64,000 bases of DNA from assembly GCA_002189035.1 (NCBI GenBank), contig CM007989.1:2852001-2916000 (forward strand), read 5' to 3'. A model generated the notes under the pieces. It did no database searches. It was not told the origin of the DNA and was given only the letters and a program-made list of their open reading frames with translations. Position numbers and translations under genes: made by a program. Shown piece after piece: positions 24,350 to 36,365 of the stretch. Numbering within the stretch: position 1 is the first letter of the stretch; every line of letters starts with the position of its first letter. The DNA comes from Utricularia gibba (Eukaryota; Plantae; Magnoliophyta).

Positions 24350-25552
24350 ATGAATGGCGTAGAGTCGTTCATTGCGCCATCGCAGCCGGAGGGATCATCT
24401 TCTATATGGTTAGCACAGATATGCGAAGGATCCCACTGTCCTTCTAAATTTGATTGGTCGCACATGGCAGGTGAATTTCCACCCGGATGGGGAAAACATG
24501 TATTGTCATGGTGTTCTTCAGTATACCTTGAGCTAATTGCAGGGGTTTTCAGTACAAGGGCAACTTTTAAGTTGTCTCTTGTAGATCAAAGCGAGAAGAA
24601 GACTGAAGGAGGACAGATTACCAGTAAAAAATTATTTTGTGGATTTGAAGGCGCAATGACTCACCGGTGATTTTCATTATCTCATCATAACGTAGTGGGT
24701 TCTGTGGATTCCTTCGCATGTAGGGGCTGGTTTTAGGTGCTTTGCATGACATTTTGTAACATTGATGATCATAGGGGATGGTCCAACTTTATGAAACGAA
24801 CTGAACTTGAAGCTTCCAACTTCTTGAAAGATGATTGCCTCATTATTCAATGCACAATTTGCGTTGCTCAGTTGACAAAGGCTCTTAAGGTCAACTCATT
24901 GTAAATTAAGTCAACCGTATTCCTCCCTTGCATAGCACTTTCAAATTACAGCATTTTCTGGAATGTGGTGATTGATTGGACGTGGTTTTTGATGTAGAGG
25001 GGGCACAGTGTATAGCCATAAGGTGATTCTTGCTGACGTTCATCCATATTTAAAGTGTTCATGCTGTCGTTCCAAGAGTTCCTCCCTCATTTTCCTGTAT
25101 GTTGCTTTCCTCAAACCCTCACCCCTGCATGTCATAGGTTCCACTGCACTTCATTTAATTTGGTCAGAGGTCTCCATCCTCAATTTATCAACATCTGCTC
25201 TTTGCCGCAGATCAATATGACTTAGAGCGTCTCAAACTGCTCTGTGCTCTTCATCTTAGTAAAAATCTTACCATAGATGCAGTGTCAACTTGGGCACAAG
25301 CAGCGGCATAACAGCGCTGTGTTAAAGCCATCGTGCGTCCGGCTTGTTGCTTCACCTAAAAATCTTCAAGATAACGAGGCACTTTCCATCCACAACACTT
25401 GTCTCCATGTGCTCCCTTTCATCTCTAACACATAATTGTTTCTATGCAGATGTGATACAAACAAGTGACTTGAGCAGATCATAGAAAGTGATCCAGCAAT
25501 GGCCGCCGACTTTCTCGAGTCTGCTGTAGGTTACAGAACAGCGGACTATAAC
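24350..25552 (+). pseudogene. Decayed BTB/POZ-MATH (BPM-type) pseudogene
   Basis: MATH remnants SVYLELIA..RATFKLSLVDQSEK and GWSNFMKRTELEASNFLKDDCLIIQCTI; BTB remnants HKVILA and AADQYDLERLKLLC..LTIDAVST; C-terminal VASPKNLQ/DVIQTS. Several stops, shifts and deletions. Confidence 0.8.
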
Positions 25553-25853
25553 TGCTGATCATGAGCCAAAACCAAATGGCGGCTTCTGGTTTTCTGCTCA
25601 ACTATCGGCTTACGCTTCTAGAAACTTATGCTTTCTGTTCTTATGGGTTCAAAGAGATGTGCTTCTGGTGCCTGTAAATATGCCAGTGCAGCTTCCAGCC
25701 GGAGTTAATTTTATGGTGCTTCACGTGGCCCTCCGAGACGCGTGTCCTAAAACTGGACATATTGATGCAGAGTCACCATGTGCCAATTCTTCAACAACAA
25801 AAAGAATCATTTAACAGATGAAGCTCATCCTTATCCACTTCTTCTGTCCCATC

Positions 25854-27201
25854 ATGCAATCGTCTCTTTCCGATCTAAAAAATGTCAGCAACCGTGCCGG
25901 CGCGCTGCGGCGGCGATTGAAGGACATGCGAGTTTCCGATCTGATCAAGGACAAGAGAAGGCTAGTAGAGGTTCCGTACACCGCGACGCTTGCTGACACC
26001 ATGAACGCCCTGACGGCAAACCGAATCCTGGCGGCTCCTGTTGCAGCGCCGCCGGGACACTGGATTGGTGCCGGCGGTTCAATGATTTTGGAGTCGGATA
26101 AGCAAACTGGGGCTGCTAGAAAACATTACATAGGGATGGTGACCATGTTGGATGTCTTGTGTCACATGGCCGGAAACCACGTCGATGCAGTGGCAGTCTC
26201 CAAAGAGGAAGATTTCGAGCGCCTAATGCAAGTTCCGGTGTCGTCCATTATCGGCCATTGTATCGAGAGCTTAAGCTTATGGACGCTGAACAATAATACC
26301 AGGTTTGTTCCCCACCCTTCTTCAGTAACAGCATAGTTATATTAAGGTCAAAACTTTAAACATTTTAAATCAAGTTGTCAGTTGAAATTTGAAATATTTT
26401 GCTGGTGAATGAAATGCCTCTCGCGGTATAAATGTAGCATAGTGGATTGTATGGAGGTTTTCAGCAAAGGAGTGCATAGAGCTCTGGTGCCTGTAGACGG
26501 TCAGGCGGATAATGTAGCAGGAGTCGAGCTTGTGGAGTCAGCCTCGAGCTATCGAATGGCTACTCAAATGGATCTCATCAAGTTCTTGAAGCTGCATGAG
26601 GATGAGCTTACCTGGGTGCTTTCTCGTCCTGTGAGACAGATTGGAGCTGTGAGCGATATCGTTTTCGGAGTCACAGATAAAGCAAAAGTTGTGGATGCTA
26701 TCAAGTGTATGTACCGTGGCTCTCTTAATGCTGTGCCAATCCTGGATTCTAGAGATTATGGTGATATCGATCACAGCCAGCTTATAAATGTAAGAGACGT
26801 CTCCTTGTGATGTGGGATGATTATAAGATGATATTGTATGATGCACTTTTGTTATCTGTTGGCAGGGTAGGGATGGGAAGATAGTTGGGACGTTTTCTGC
26901 CAGTGATCTTCGTGGATGCTCGCTGTCGATGCTCTGCTCTGGAATGAATCTAACTGTTGTCGAGTTTCTCAAGAAGTTGAGTGAAACACCACAACATGAA
27001 GCCTCAGGCAGGCGAGATCCTACAAGGGAACCCGTTACATGCTTGCCGGAATCCTCTCTAGGAGAGGTGGTTGAAAAAGCTATCAATAACGATGTGCACC
27101 GTGTTTGGGTCATCGATGATCAGGGCTCTGTCACAGGTGTTGTTTCTCTCACAGACATCATCAGAGGGACTCGTGTTTGGATCATCTCCCAAGAGGCCTG
27201 A
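25854..27201 (+). CDS. CBS-domain protein, SNF1-related kinase gamma-1-like (PV42 type)
   Basis: KRRLVEVPYTATLADTMNAL, LESDKQTGAARKHYIGMVTMLD, FSKGVHRALVP, VGTFSASDLRGC, HRVWVIDD..GVVSLTDII. Three exons. Confidence 0.93.
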
Positions 27202-27415
27202 ACAGGGGTGGTGTATGACGTCTGTTGCTTTTGGCTTTTTTTTTTGCTTCCTTTTCAAAGTGTCTTTGTGTAAATGTTGTTTCAGTTAAGAAGTTATGAG
27301 TAATCCTAAAAAAGAGATGTACAGTTAGAGTAGCAGTATCGAATTCAGGCTGTACTTGTATGCCTTAATGCACAGGAGCTCCGAGCAAAGCTGTCGTCTT
27401 GGTTCTTACTTATGG

Positions 27416-28879
27416 CTACCAGATCAGGATCAGCAACAGCATCAGTGTGGCGCCCAGCGGACCAGGTAACTGCAAATTTCAAAGAAAAAGCTGTGTTTTA
27501 GAGAACGTGATCAGCTTTTTTCTAATATCACATGCATGCTCTGCTGAGGACAGATTTTTACCTTGCAGGAGCCAAGGAGAGAGAGAGCTGAACTTGGAAC
27601 AAGTCCGGTGAACCCGATGTCGTACGCAACGCGCCCATCAGGCCTAAACAGTCCGAAGTTCCTCTCGGAAGTCGGCCCCGGCTTCATGTTTTCATTGAAC
27701 AATGCAAAAACATAACCTTTCACCACAGCCCTGGGCCGGTATGGAGTTCCCTTCTTTTTCAGAAGCCTCTTTCGCAGGTTACTGTTGTAGGTTCTGGCGT
27801 TTCTGAGGTTTGCTCCAGCCTCATTTTCATCTCCTCTAGAAGCCCAACCGGTCTCTGAGACGATGACTTCCATCCTATTGAAACCAACCTTGTCTAATGC
27901 AGCGTAGGCTGCATCAATCTGAGCATCGAACATGTTGTCATAATGCAGCCTGGTCCGAGCATCGTATATACCAGAGTTCCGAGCGAAGAGTGCATAGTTG
28001 AGATCAATGTGTTCAGGATCGCTCTTGTAGGCCAGAAAAGGATATGCATTGATGTAGAAAGGGGTTCCTATCTCTGAGAAGAACTGCAGTAGTGGCATCA
28101 TGAATGGGAGGACATTCTCCTTGAATGCCCCGGCGGATGGAGGGTAAGTGATGGCGAAAACGGCCTCTGAATGGGGGCTTGATACCTCTATTCTACGGGC
28201 GAGGCCAAGCCAAGAAAGAGCACTGTAAACATTCCTTACAGCAGGATAAAGAACCTCTGCTAGCTCCTCTGAAGGTTGCCCAAGAATCTCATTCCCAACA
28301 GCAATTCCGGTGATGAGGGTGGCCGGAAGGAACGGCTCAACGTTCTGTTTCACCCACTCTACAGCTCTGTCCTGGCTTATGCTCATCTCTGTAAGGTACT
28401 CGTTCGGAATCCCAATGACTATCCCACGCCCGAATTGTTAAAAGCACTCAAAACTCCATGATCAGCATCGTATATTCTGACATTCTTGATCTTGTTCATT
28501 CTTAGAAGTGTTACTACTCTTTCTGGTGGAGGCAGGTTATCAGCTATGCGGCCGTAGTTGACTCCGTAAGTTCCTGTGAATGCATGAACCATGGAAACTG
28601 CCCAGCAGAATAGACAAACAAAATGTGAGAACACTCAAGAAGTCTTGTTACACAACTGCTTCTCATATAACTTGCATACCATACTGTAATGAAATATGCA
28701 GAAGCAGGAAGAGAATGAACCGCGATTCCGGCGTGATCCCTAAAGGAGGGATGGATGCAAAGAAACATTTCATCTGAGTTCCCAGAAACAACTAACAAGA
28801 GTAGTACTATTGTTGAAAGCAGGTCTAAGATAATGGAAGCTGATTGCTGGATGCAATGCTTCCTTCTCAAGTATGCCAT
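27416..28879 (-). CDS. Glucan endo-1,3-beta-glucosidase (GH17, isoform 14-like) with hydrophobic C-terminal tail; apparent 1-nt frameshift at ~28423
   Basis: GVNYGRIADNLP, NVRIYDAD, IAVGNEI, INAYPFLAY, VIVSETGWASRG, FALFNENMKPGPTSERNFGLF. Last exon LPGPLGATLMLLLILIW*. Confidence 0.93.
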
Positions 28880-29486
28880 TCCCTGTAGACCAGATCAATC
28901 TATATTCCAAACCTCACGATGAAGAAGATGGGGAAATATTTGTTTCTTCCTAATAAGTGAATGAACTTGGAATGGGATTCCAATCTTTACATCGCCTCAA
29001 AGTATCCTTTTTCCATGCTTTCCATTCTGAATCTTCATAAATACTTTTGCCTGTCGGCAACCTTACAATGGGAACCCAATTCAGAGTAGTGTCGGTATCA
29101 GATGCCTGCATCATTGCAACCGAAGCAAGCCATGCTTCTCTTTGATATCACAACAGCCCTATAGAGTACCAAAGCAGGACATGCCATGCCGGAGTTTGTC
29201 TCCCCTGGACATATCTCTCAGTCAAAAAGATCCGAGCAGAATCCTAAACTTCCTCGAATTCATAAGATGAATGCATAGTTTGCATTAGGGTATATTCTTA
29301 TCATGCCATGTCCGGGTGTTGAAAGAAAAACATATCCTATATCAGGTCAAATGACCAAGTCCCCAAGGGAAATGCATAGCTTCAAATATATTTTGTAAGA
29401 GAAATAAGTTGACATGATGTTTCATCTGCAGTATACATGGATTTATATACAACATCTTTCTACATCCGAAGACCCTTGCCCACAAA

Positions 29487-30467
29487 TCATTTCCTGAAGC
29501 GAGAACCTTTGCCTCGTTTCCGACCATTCCACCCATCCCACGCCGAAGACCAGAAGAAAAGAGACATCCAGAAGAGCACTGCAAAGAAAATCTTCAACTT
29601 GTCTTGAAATCTTGCAACACTGGCTGTTAAACCTGATCAACAAATAATTGACGATTCAGAAAGCAACCAAAAATGGAAAAAGGAAGAAACGAGGAATGAA
29701 TCATTACTAAGTGCTACAGAAGGTAGGTGATCAGCACATGTGAAGTAGCCAAACTAACTAGAAAGTTAGAGGTTAATTGGAGCCATCGACTGTCTGGTCT
29801 ATGGGTTTTTCACAAACCAGTTAAAGTTTTGAACTTGATGAGCATATTTAAGAAACCGATTGAACGAACCTATAATGATGACCCCCCAAATTCTCGAGTA
29901 TGCAGGCTTGTGTTTTTAGTAACTTTTAGAGTAAGATCGTTTTCGTATCGCCCCTTGGTGCAACCCAGAATCGTCTATTGCAAGTGGACGAGCTAGAAAC
30001 AACTAAGAATCACAGTTTTTTTGCTACCAAACTTTTTGATCCCTTGTAAAAACAAGTGCCAACAGTTCAAAAGGTGATAAAACTAACAGAGTATGAATTG
30101 CCCAAACACCGGTATGCAATCACTAAAGCGTAAATTTTACCAAAACTCAACCAAATAAACCGATCAGCGTTAGCATCAATCGACCCAGATAACTACTCTA
30201 CACGAATCAAAGACAAAACGTATGACTAAAAGACAAGATACCTGAGGCCAGTGCTCGGCCTTTTTGAGAAGACGTCTCCTTTTGTGGATTAGTCGCCGAG
30301 CAAATGCCAGACCACGAATTTCTTCGAGAACAAACCGAATCACGAGGATCAATGGAAGATGAAGGACAATAGAATCGCGATGAACCGAAAAGATCAACCG
30401 GTAGCGGAGGACCGCAGCGGCGGTGGCTGCGAACGCCGGCGTAGACAGAAATCGAACACGTCGACAT
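29487..30467 (-). CDS. Small (123 aa) two-exon protein, predicted plastid transit peptide plus one transmembrane helix; unknown function
   Basis: Exon 30467-30242 (MSTCSISVYAGVRSHRR..) splices GT-AG in phase 1 to exon 29632-29487 (GLTASVARFQDKLKIFFAVLFWMSLFFWSSAWDGWNGRKRGKGSRFRK*). Confidence 0.75.
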
Positions 30468-30700
30468 TTTTCCCCACGGCTCCCCGACAATCTTGCAATT
30501 AAAATTCGTTCCCCTTTCCACGTTCCAAATTAGTGTTCTCTTTTTCTTTCTTGAAAAAAATTCAGACTATTCAAATACTTTCATTATTATTTTAAAATCA
30601 AACGATGCCGACTCTCAAAAATCCCATTCCCGTTGAAATAAAATAATCATCCAAATATATTTTTTTAGTAAGATATTATTTTTTAACAATAATTTTAAAA

Positions 30701-30860
30701 TTAAACCTCATTAGGGTTTAGAGTTTAGGGTTTATGTCCTCCATTCATTTTATTTGATGCATGACCCGTCACTTTTTTATTAAACCTTATTAGGGTTTAG
30801 AATTTAGGGTTTATGTTCTCCATTCATTTTATTTGATACATGAGCCATCACTTTTTTATA
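30701..30860. repeat. Two tandem ~80-bp units carrying telomere-like TTTAGGG motifs
   Basis: Units 30701-30780 and 30781-30860 are near-identical (TTAGGGTTTAG.(A/G)TTTAGGGTTTATG..CCATTCATTTTATTTGAT). Confidence 0.9.
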
Positions 30861-31398
30861 AAACACAAATTGACACGGAAAATAAGTAACCGCAACATTA
30901 TTACCTTCCATTCGAGTAGTATCTTATATTGGATGTTACATTGCATATTATTAGAGGAATGACTGAGACGACAATCTTATCCAATGGGAAGAAAGTAGAT
31001 TGCATCCATTTGTGTAACGTGGGTTGGTATGTGTGTTTCTGTACGACCGTCGTGTTCCACTTGTTAACTAAAAGTCCCGGGAATATTTGCAACAGGCAAG
31101 TGTGGGGAATTGCAACCGGGAGTCGGAGTGGACGTGGTGTGTGTGGGGTTGTGGTGTGTTGGGGAAGGAAGGAAGGACCCCAACCAGCAGGAACAGAAAC
31201 AGAAGCAGCAGGCGCAGGGGTCCTGTGGGTGGTTGGCGCAGTAATGATGTGGCTGCTGCTCCTCATGTGACCTGTTTAATGCTTTCCCGAGTGTTGCCAG
31301 CCCATATGCCGCTGCTGCTCCTTCCTCCAATTCACCCATTTTACAGCAGCCAATTCATCATTCTTGATACTACTGCTACTACATTGTCTCTGAGTCGG

Positions 31399-31666
31399 GG
31401 AACTGCATTCCCAGATGCGCTCTCTAACACATGAAAAGTGAGAGAGGGTGTGGCAATTTTAATGTGGGAAACAAGAGAAAACTCCAACTTAAGTGGATAC
31501 GAAGACATCTGCTGCGCTTCTCAGAGATGACTGTTAGGTTAGGGCCCTGATGAAGGTCACCGGAACTCCATTCCCAGATGCGCTCCAACACATGAAAACT
31601 GAGACAGGGTGTGGGAATTTTAATGTGGGTAACAAGAGAAATGACCAGCAAAACTCCAACTGAAGT
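31399..31666. repeat. ~100-bp dispersed direct duplication
   Basis: 31399-31494 vs 31562-31666 share GGAACT.CATTCCCAGATGCGCTC..ACACATGAAAA..GGGTGTGG.AATTTTAATGTGGG.AACAAGAGAAA..ACTCCAACT.AAGT. Confidence 0.9.
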
Positions 31667-31981
31667 CATATCGTGACGGAGCAGCGTCTGCGACTCGTGT
31701 CCGCCCGCCCTGGCCCTGACACCCCCCACTTCTTTTTTTCCCAGCCAATGCATAACACTTTGATTTTTTTAGATTATCATTTGGGAATCTTTTGAACTGG
31801 TGCATGACTCCAAAAACAATTTCTAGATTGGCTTTTATGGCATGTCACACGATATTTCGCACGTGATTATTACAGCTGCTGAATGCCATTAGTAAGTGAT
31901 AAATGTTTTATCTTCTCATTTCCCGCGGATAAAAATGGAGGTGAAAAGTATGTCTTAATTTGTACATACCCACGTTTGTCA

Positions 31982-32462
31982 TCAAGGATGATAGAGCTTG
32001 GTTCCGCACCTGCACCTCCAAGCAAGAAGGTAGTAGCTGTCGTCTTCCCTCCGCTCCCTCATCCAGCTCTCTGGTTTTCCGATCACGTCCCGGTGTCGGG
32101 GAATTACCAAACTAGCCTCGCACGGCCTGCAGCTCCGGCATTTATTCACGCACGCCGGTGGCCTTGATCCCAGCACCCCCTTCCTCAGCTCGTCCCTCAG
32201 CCCACCACCATCCATCCCCCCTGAAAGTAGACTCAAGGAAAAGAAAAACAATCATGGGCATCACTACTAATTGGGGCATCTGCCAACGCATGTACAGTAT
32301 ACACACAATCAGCTCACATTATCAAAAAAAAAAAAAAAACTTGCGCAGGTCGGTAAGTCGAGTGCAAAGTTTACCGGATGCGTGGAGAAGCACACAGGCG
32401 ATAAGCGAAAGGATGAAGAAGTTTCTGAAGACGGACAGCGGAGCAGCAGCAGCAGCAGCCAT
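31982..32462 (-). CDS. EPFL8: EPIDERMAL PATTERNING FACTOR-like peptide (EPFL8-like)
   Basis: Signal peptide exon MAAAAAAPLSVFRNFFILSLIACVLLHAS(G); exon 2 GSRPPACVNKCRSCRPC..YYLLAWRCRCGTKLYHP with 6 Cys. Confidence 0.88.
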
Positions 32463-33884
32463 CGGTGAAGCAGTAGCAGAAGACACTGTAGAAGAAGAAA
32501 GAGAGTGTATGCACTATGCATGCAGCATATATTGGAATTCAGTGACTTCCTTGGCAGTGAAAAAAGATGGGAAGAGCGCTGCCCTCATCGAAAACTGTCG
32601 GTTTTTAACCCACGAATGGGTATCCCGTCCTTCTTCATCCGTGAAACGCTCTCTCACTCAAGACCCACCCATCACCATCCCGATGCGTCCAAACCAGCAA
32701 AACAGCCAGCAGTTTTATCAAATGGGCCTGGACCTCGACACCCGATCCAGCCCATCCATCTTCCACCAAATTGGGCCGGCACTCAGACAAGCGCCGCCCA
32801 GTAGTGACGAGGCCCACCCCTGGTCGCCGTTCAGACATTCAGACACGTGGCTAGGTTTGAACGAATAAGAGTAGGTCTTGGTTGTTTTGTTTATTCAGTC
32901 CCCTTCCCCTCCCCTCTACAAGCACCAGAGTAGAGTAGTGTGGTAGCATTATGAGCACATGAACTTAATAACTACTACCATCTTCACTAATTGACTCTAG
33001 GGTTTATTTTTATTTTTTTTTTTACCAAATAATAATATTATTATTATTACGTGTAAATAATTTACCCCCCCGGTAGCTTAGCCTCGCCAATTATTCCAAA
33101 TTATCCATCCAATAATTGCGATCAACCATTTGACGGGTCCCCATTATTACCCTACGCCAACAACAACACCCTCATCTCTTCTCCCTCTGCCACCCAAACT
33201 AAAACAAAAAAGCAAAATAATAATAAAAGGACGGAAGGGAGGGCATGAGTGCCGGCCGCCCGGGGCCCACAGAGTTTATTAGGACGCCGGGTTTATGATA
33301 ATAACAAAAATTAACAGTATTAATTATCATTATTTTTTTAATCTTGCACTACGCGCCAAACCTCCCCACTTGATCTTCGCTGGACCATTAATGTGCCTTT
33401 TCAATGCTGTTTATTGAGATAAAAAAAAATGAAGAATGAGAAGGTAGAATTTAAAATATATATATTTTTGAAGAAAAATGATCCCACGCCATGTGAGGAT
33501 TGAACTGGAGGGGCGGAGGCTAATGATCAAGAGCAGTTACGCCCCCGGGGGTGAAATAACTTCTCAACGTGGCCGCCTGTCACATTGTTTTCGTTCTTAC
33601 ACATCAATATATAATAATTCATTTTTTGGTGAATCAAATAGTTCAACATTTAAAATACTGTTACAAAGGGTATGAAAATTGGAAGTAGAGATTAAAATTG
33701 GGCACAGTTGTATAACTACTCATATTTTTATTACATGATATTATCTACAATTTTTACAATTTTACGTTATGTTATTATGTGAAAAAGGTATCATGTAAAA
33801 TTTATATGGTCATTCTAATTAATTTCATCATCTATTCGATGTGGGATATGATTAAGGTTATTATACAATTACACTGTTCTCTAC

Positions 33885-34090
33885 ATTGAGTTGTTTTTAA
33901 AACTAACCACCTTCAATTTCTTTCACACACATTACAAAAAATACACATAGTAATGAGTTGTTTTTAAAACTAACCAACTTCAATTTCTTTCACACATTAC
34001 AAAGGATGAGTAGATTTTTCAAACGATTGGATAGAGGGTAATTTTTCAAAATCACACATCACAAAAAAATACACATAGGATGATTAGATT
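33885..34090. repeat. AT-rich internally duplicated sequence, possible non-autonomous DNA-transposon remnant
   Basis: TGAGTTGTTTTTAAAACTAACCA.CTTCAATTTCTTTCACACA.ATTACAAA occurs twice in tandem (~33887-33945 and ~33954-34003); no TIR or TSD found. Confidence 0.6.
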
Positions 34091-34521
34091 TCTCACATAC
34101 TGATTTGACAGAGTGTATTTTTCAAAATCATCCTCTTGACATCACACAAGTGCGTAAATGAATGGGATGAGTTTGAACCATTTAATAAACCAGAAGGAAG
34201 GGGGAGGGTTATGGTGGGCCCACTCTGTGTGCAAGAACGACCTATTTTATACGTCATCCGGATACACGTTTTTAATACAAATTAGTGGTTGTCTTGTCTG
34301 TGGATATAAGTTTGAGTGGATTGGGTCGAATCGTTTTTGTTGGGTAGCCCGATTCGACTCCCGGTTTGTGAAGATTAAAAATAATTGCAACTAAAAAGAA
34401 ATTCAAGTGAGTTTGTTTAGTGCTATATAATGATGGGTTGGGGGAGGTACATCTCTCCTGCAGAGGAATTGCTGATTGATTTCCGGGAGTGATCACGGGG
34501 GTTAAGCGCAACGGAAAGGAA

Positions 34522-35224
34522 ATGGTACAGAGCAAAAAGTTCAGAGGGGTCCGACAACGCCACTGGGGTTCATGGGTGTCAGAGATTCGCCACCCCTTGC
34601 TGTAAATGAAATGCTCATCATTATATTCTTTTTACGCGGCGGCATTTTTGCTGTCTCCGGGGTGCTCAATGCTTTTCTTTCTGTTTCTTGTTTAGGAAGA
34701 GGAGGGTGTGGCTGGGGACCTTCGAGACGGCGGAGGAGGCCGCCAGAGCCTACGACGAGGCGGCCATTTTGATGAGCGGTCGTAATGCGAAGACCAATTT
34801 CCCGGTGCCCGACAATGCCGCCGCCGCCGCTGAGGGAGAGGTCTCCCCGTCTTCTTCCAAGACCAATACGCTGTCGTCGATCCTGGGGGCGAAGCTCCGG
34901 AAATGCTGCAAATCGCCGTCCCCGTCGCTGACGTGTCTCCGCCTGGACACGGAGAATTGCCACATCGGGGTGTGGCAGAAACGGGCCGGGTCAAGATCCG
35001 ATTCCAACTGGGTTATGACCGTGGAGCTCGGGAAGAAGCAGAGCAGCAGCGAGCCGGGTACCACCGGGCCCGCGAGCGCTGCTACCGCGAATCCAACGGC
35101 GGACAGCAGCAGTGAGAGGCAGTTACCAATGCAGATTACAGCGACGACCCAGGTGAGAGAAGGGATCAACGAAGAGGAGAGGATGGCGCTCCAGATGATC
35201 GAGGAATTGCTCAATCGAAACTGA
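34522..35224 (+). CDS. SHN1: AP2/ERF transcription factor SHINE/WIN1
   Basis: [27 protein letters not shown] / [20 protein letters not shown]; mm motif [38 protein letters not shown]; cm motif [13 protein letters not shown]. Intron 34602-34695. Confidence 0.95.
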
Positions 35225-36365
35225 CCTCAATTCTGTCCACAGACAAAAGCTCATGCGTTCCCTTTCGATCGCCCCCCTGCACATTCTGTGGTATAAACAG
35301 CATTTTACCGGTCGATTTCCAGTGAATTCCTTCCTTACTTCCTTCCCAGTGCACCCATCACATCCCGCATTGTGTTTGCGGGGGGGATGACTTCAATTCA
35401 TGTGCGGTATTGATTAGGAGGATCCGGACAACGAGATATAAATGCAACAACTCTCGACCGTACGGACCCTGTAATGAAACTCATCTGTCCCATTGGGCCT
35501 TCCCTGCCGGCCGGCCGCCGGTGACTCCTCTCTCCTACTACCACTATTATTATTAAAAGAACAGAGTTCGTTCATCTTCGTTCCCCAAGCAGAAAACCAG
35601 AAAACCAGTTCATTTTTCTTACAAAAACAATGTACTACCGATCAGTTTTCTTCTTCTTCTTCTTACCAGAAGACGAACGCATTTATTAGTCGAGGCACGT
35701 GACACGTCCCTTTTGCTCACACATCACTGGGCATGGGTGTGAACGGAATAACTATCGAAGACCTAGCAAATTGCACCAACTTATCAATTCCGATGTGGGT
35801 GCATAAACTTACAAGGCGTTAATTAATTGCTCTGGTTGGGTCTAAAAACCCAACTGTAAAAGGGAAATCATTTCCAAAATGACCTGCACATTTGGCGTGT
35901 GGTGTTGGTGTGACCTTTTCACACTTTCCTGGTTTTTTTTTCCCAAGGTCTTGGTAGTAGTAGTAGTAGTGGAAGCCACCGCGATCTTTCACAAACTTCA
36001 ATCCATCATTCCACCCATGTGAAAATGTCCCAAAAAGATAGGCCAGACGTCACTTCTCCACCTTCTCTTCCAAGTAAAAGCCCACCCTGAACTGTTTGTC
36101 TGAGTAAAAAAGCCATAGAATGCCCCTGCGTACCTGGAAATCTGCTTTAAAATCTAAAGGCATCTGAATGGCTCTGAACTAAGCTGCTGGACACACATGG
36201 GTTGTGGCGGGTGTCGCCCAACATACATGAGGACCGGGGGCCGGTACGGATGCTCCTTCAAGATTCTAGTGAAGAGACCAAACAGGAAGAATTCTAACAA
36301 CGTGCAAAAGCTCTATTACAATCTGATATCAAACATTCCTCATTAGTTGTTCCTTCCAACCTAAT

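Noticed and set aside
30901-31434. Overlapping short ORFs, one ending in a GPI-like hydrophobic tail and one Cys-rich
   Set aside because: No signal peptide and no family motif; low-complexity GC-rich sequence explains the open frames.
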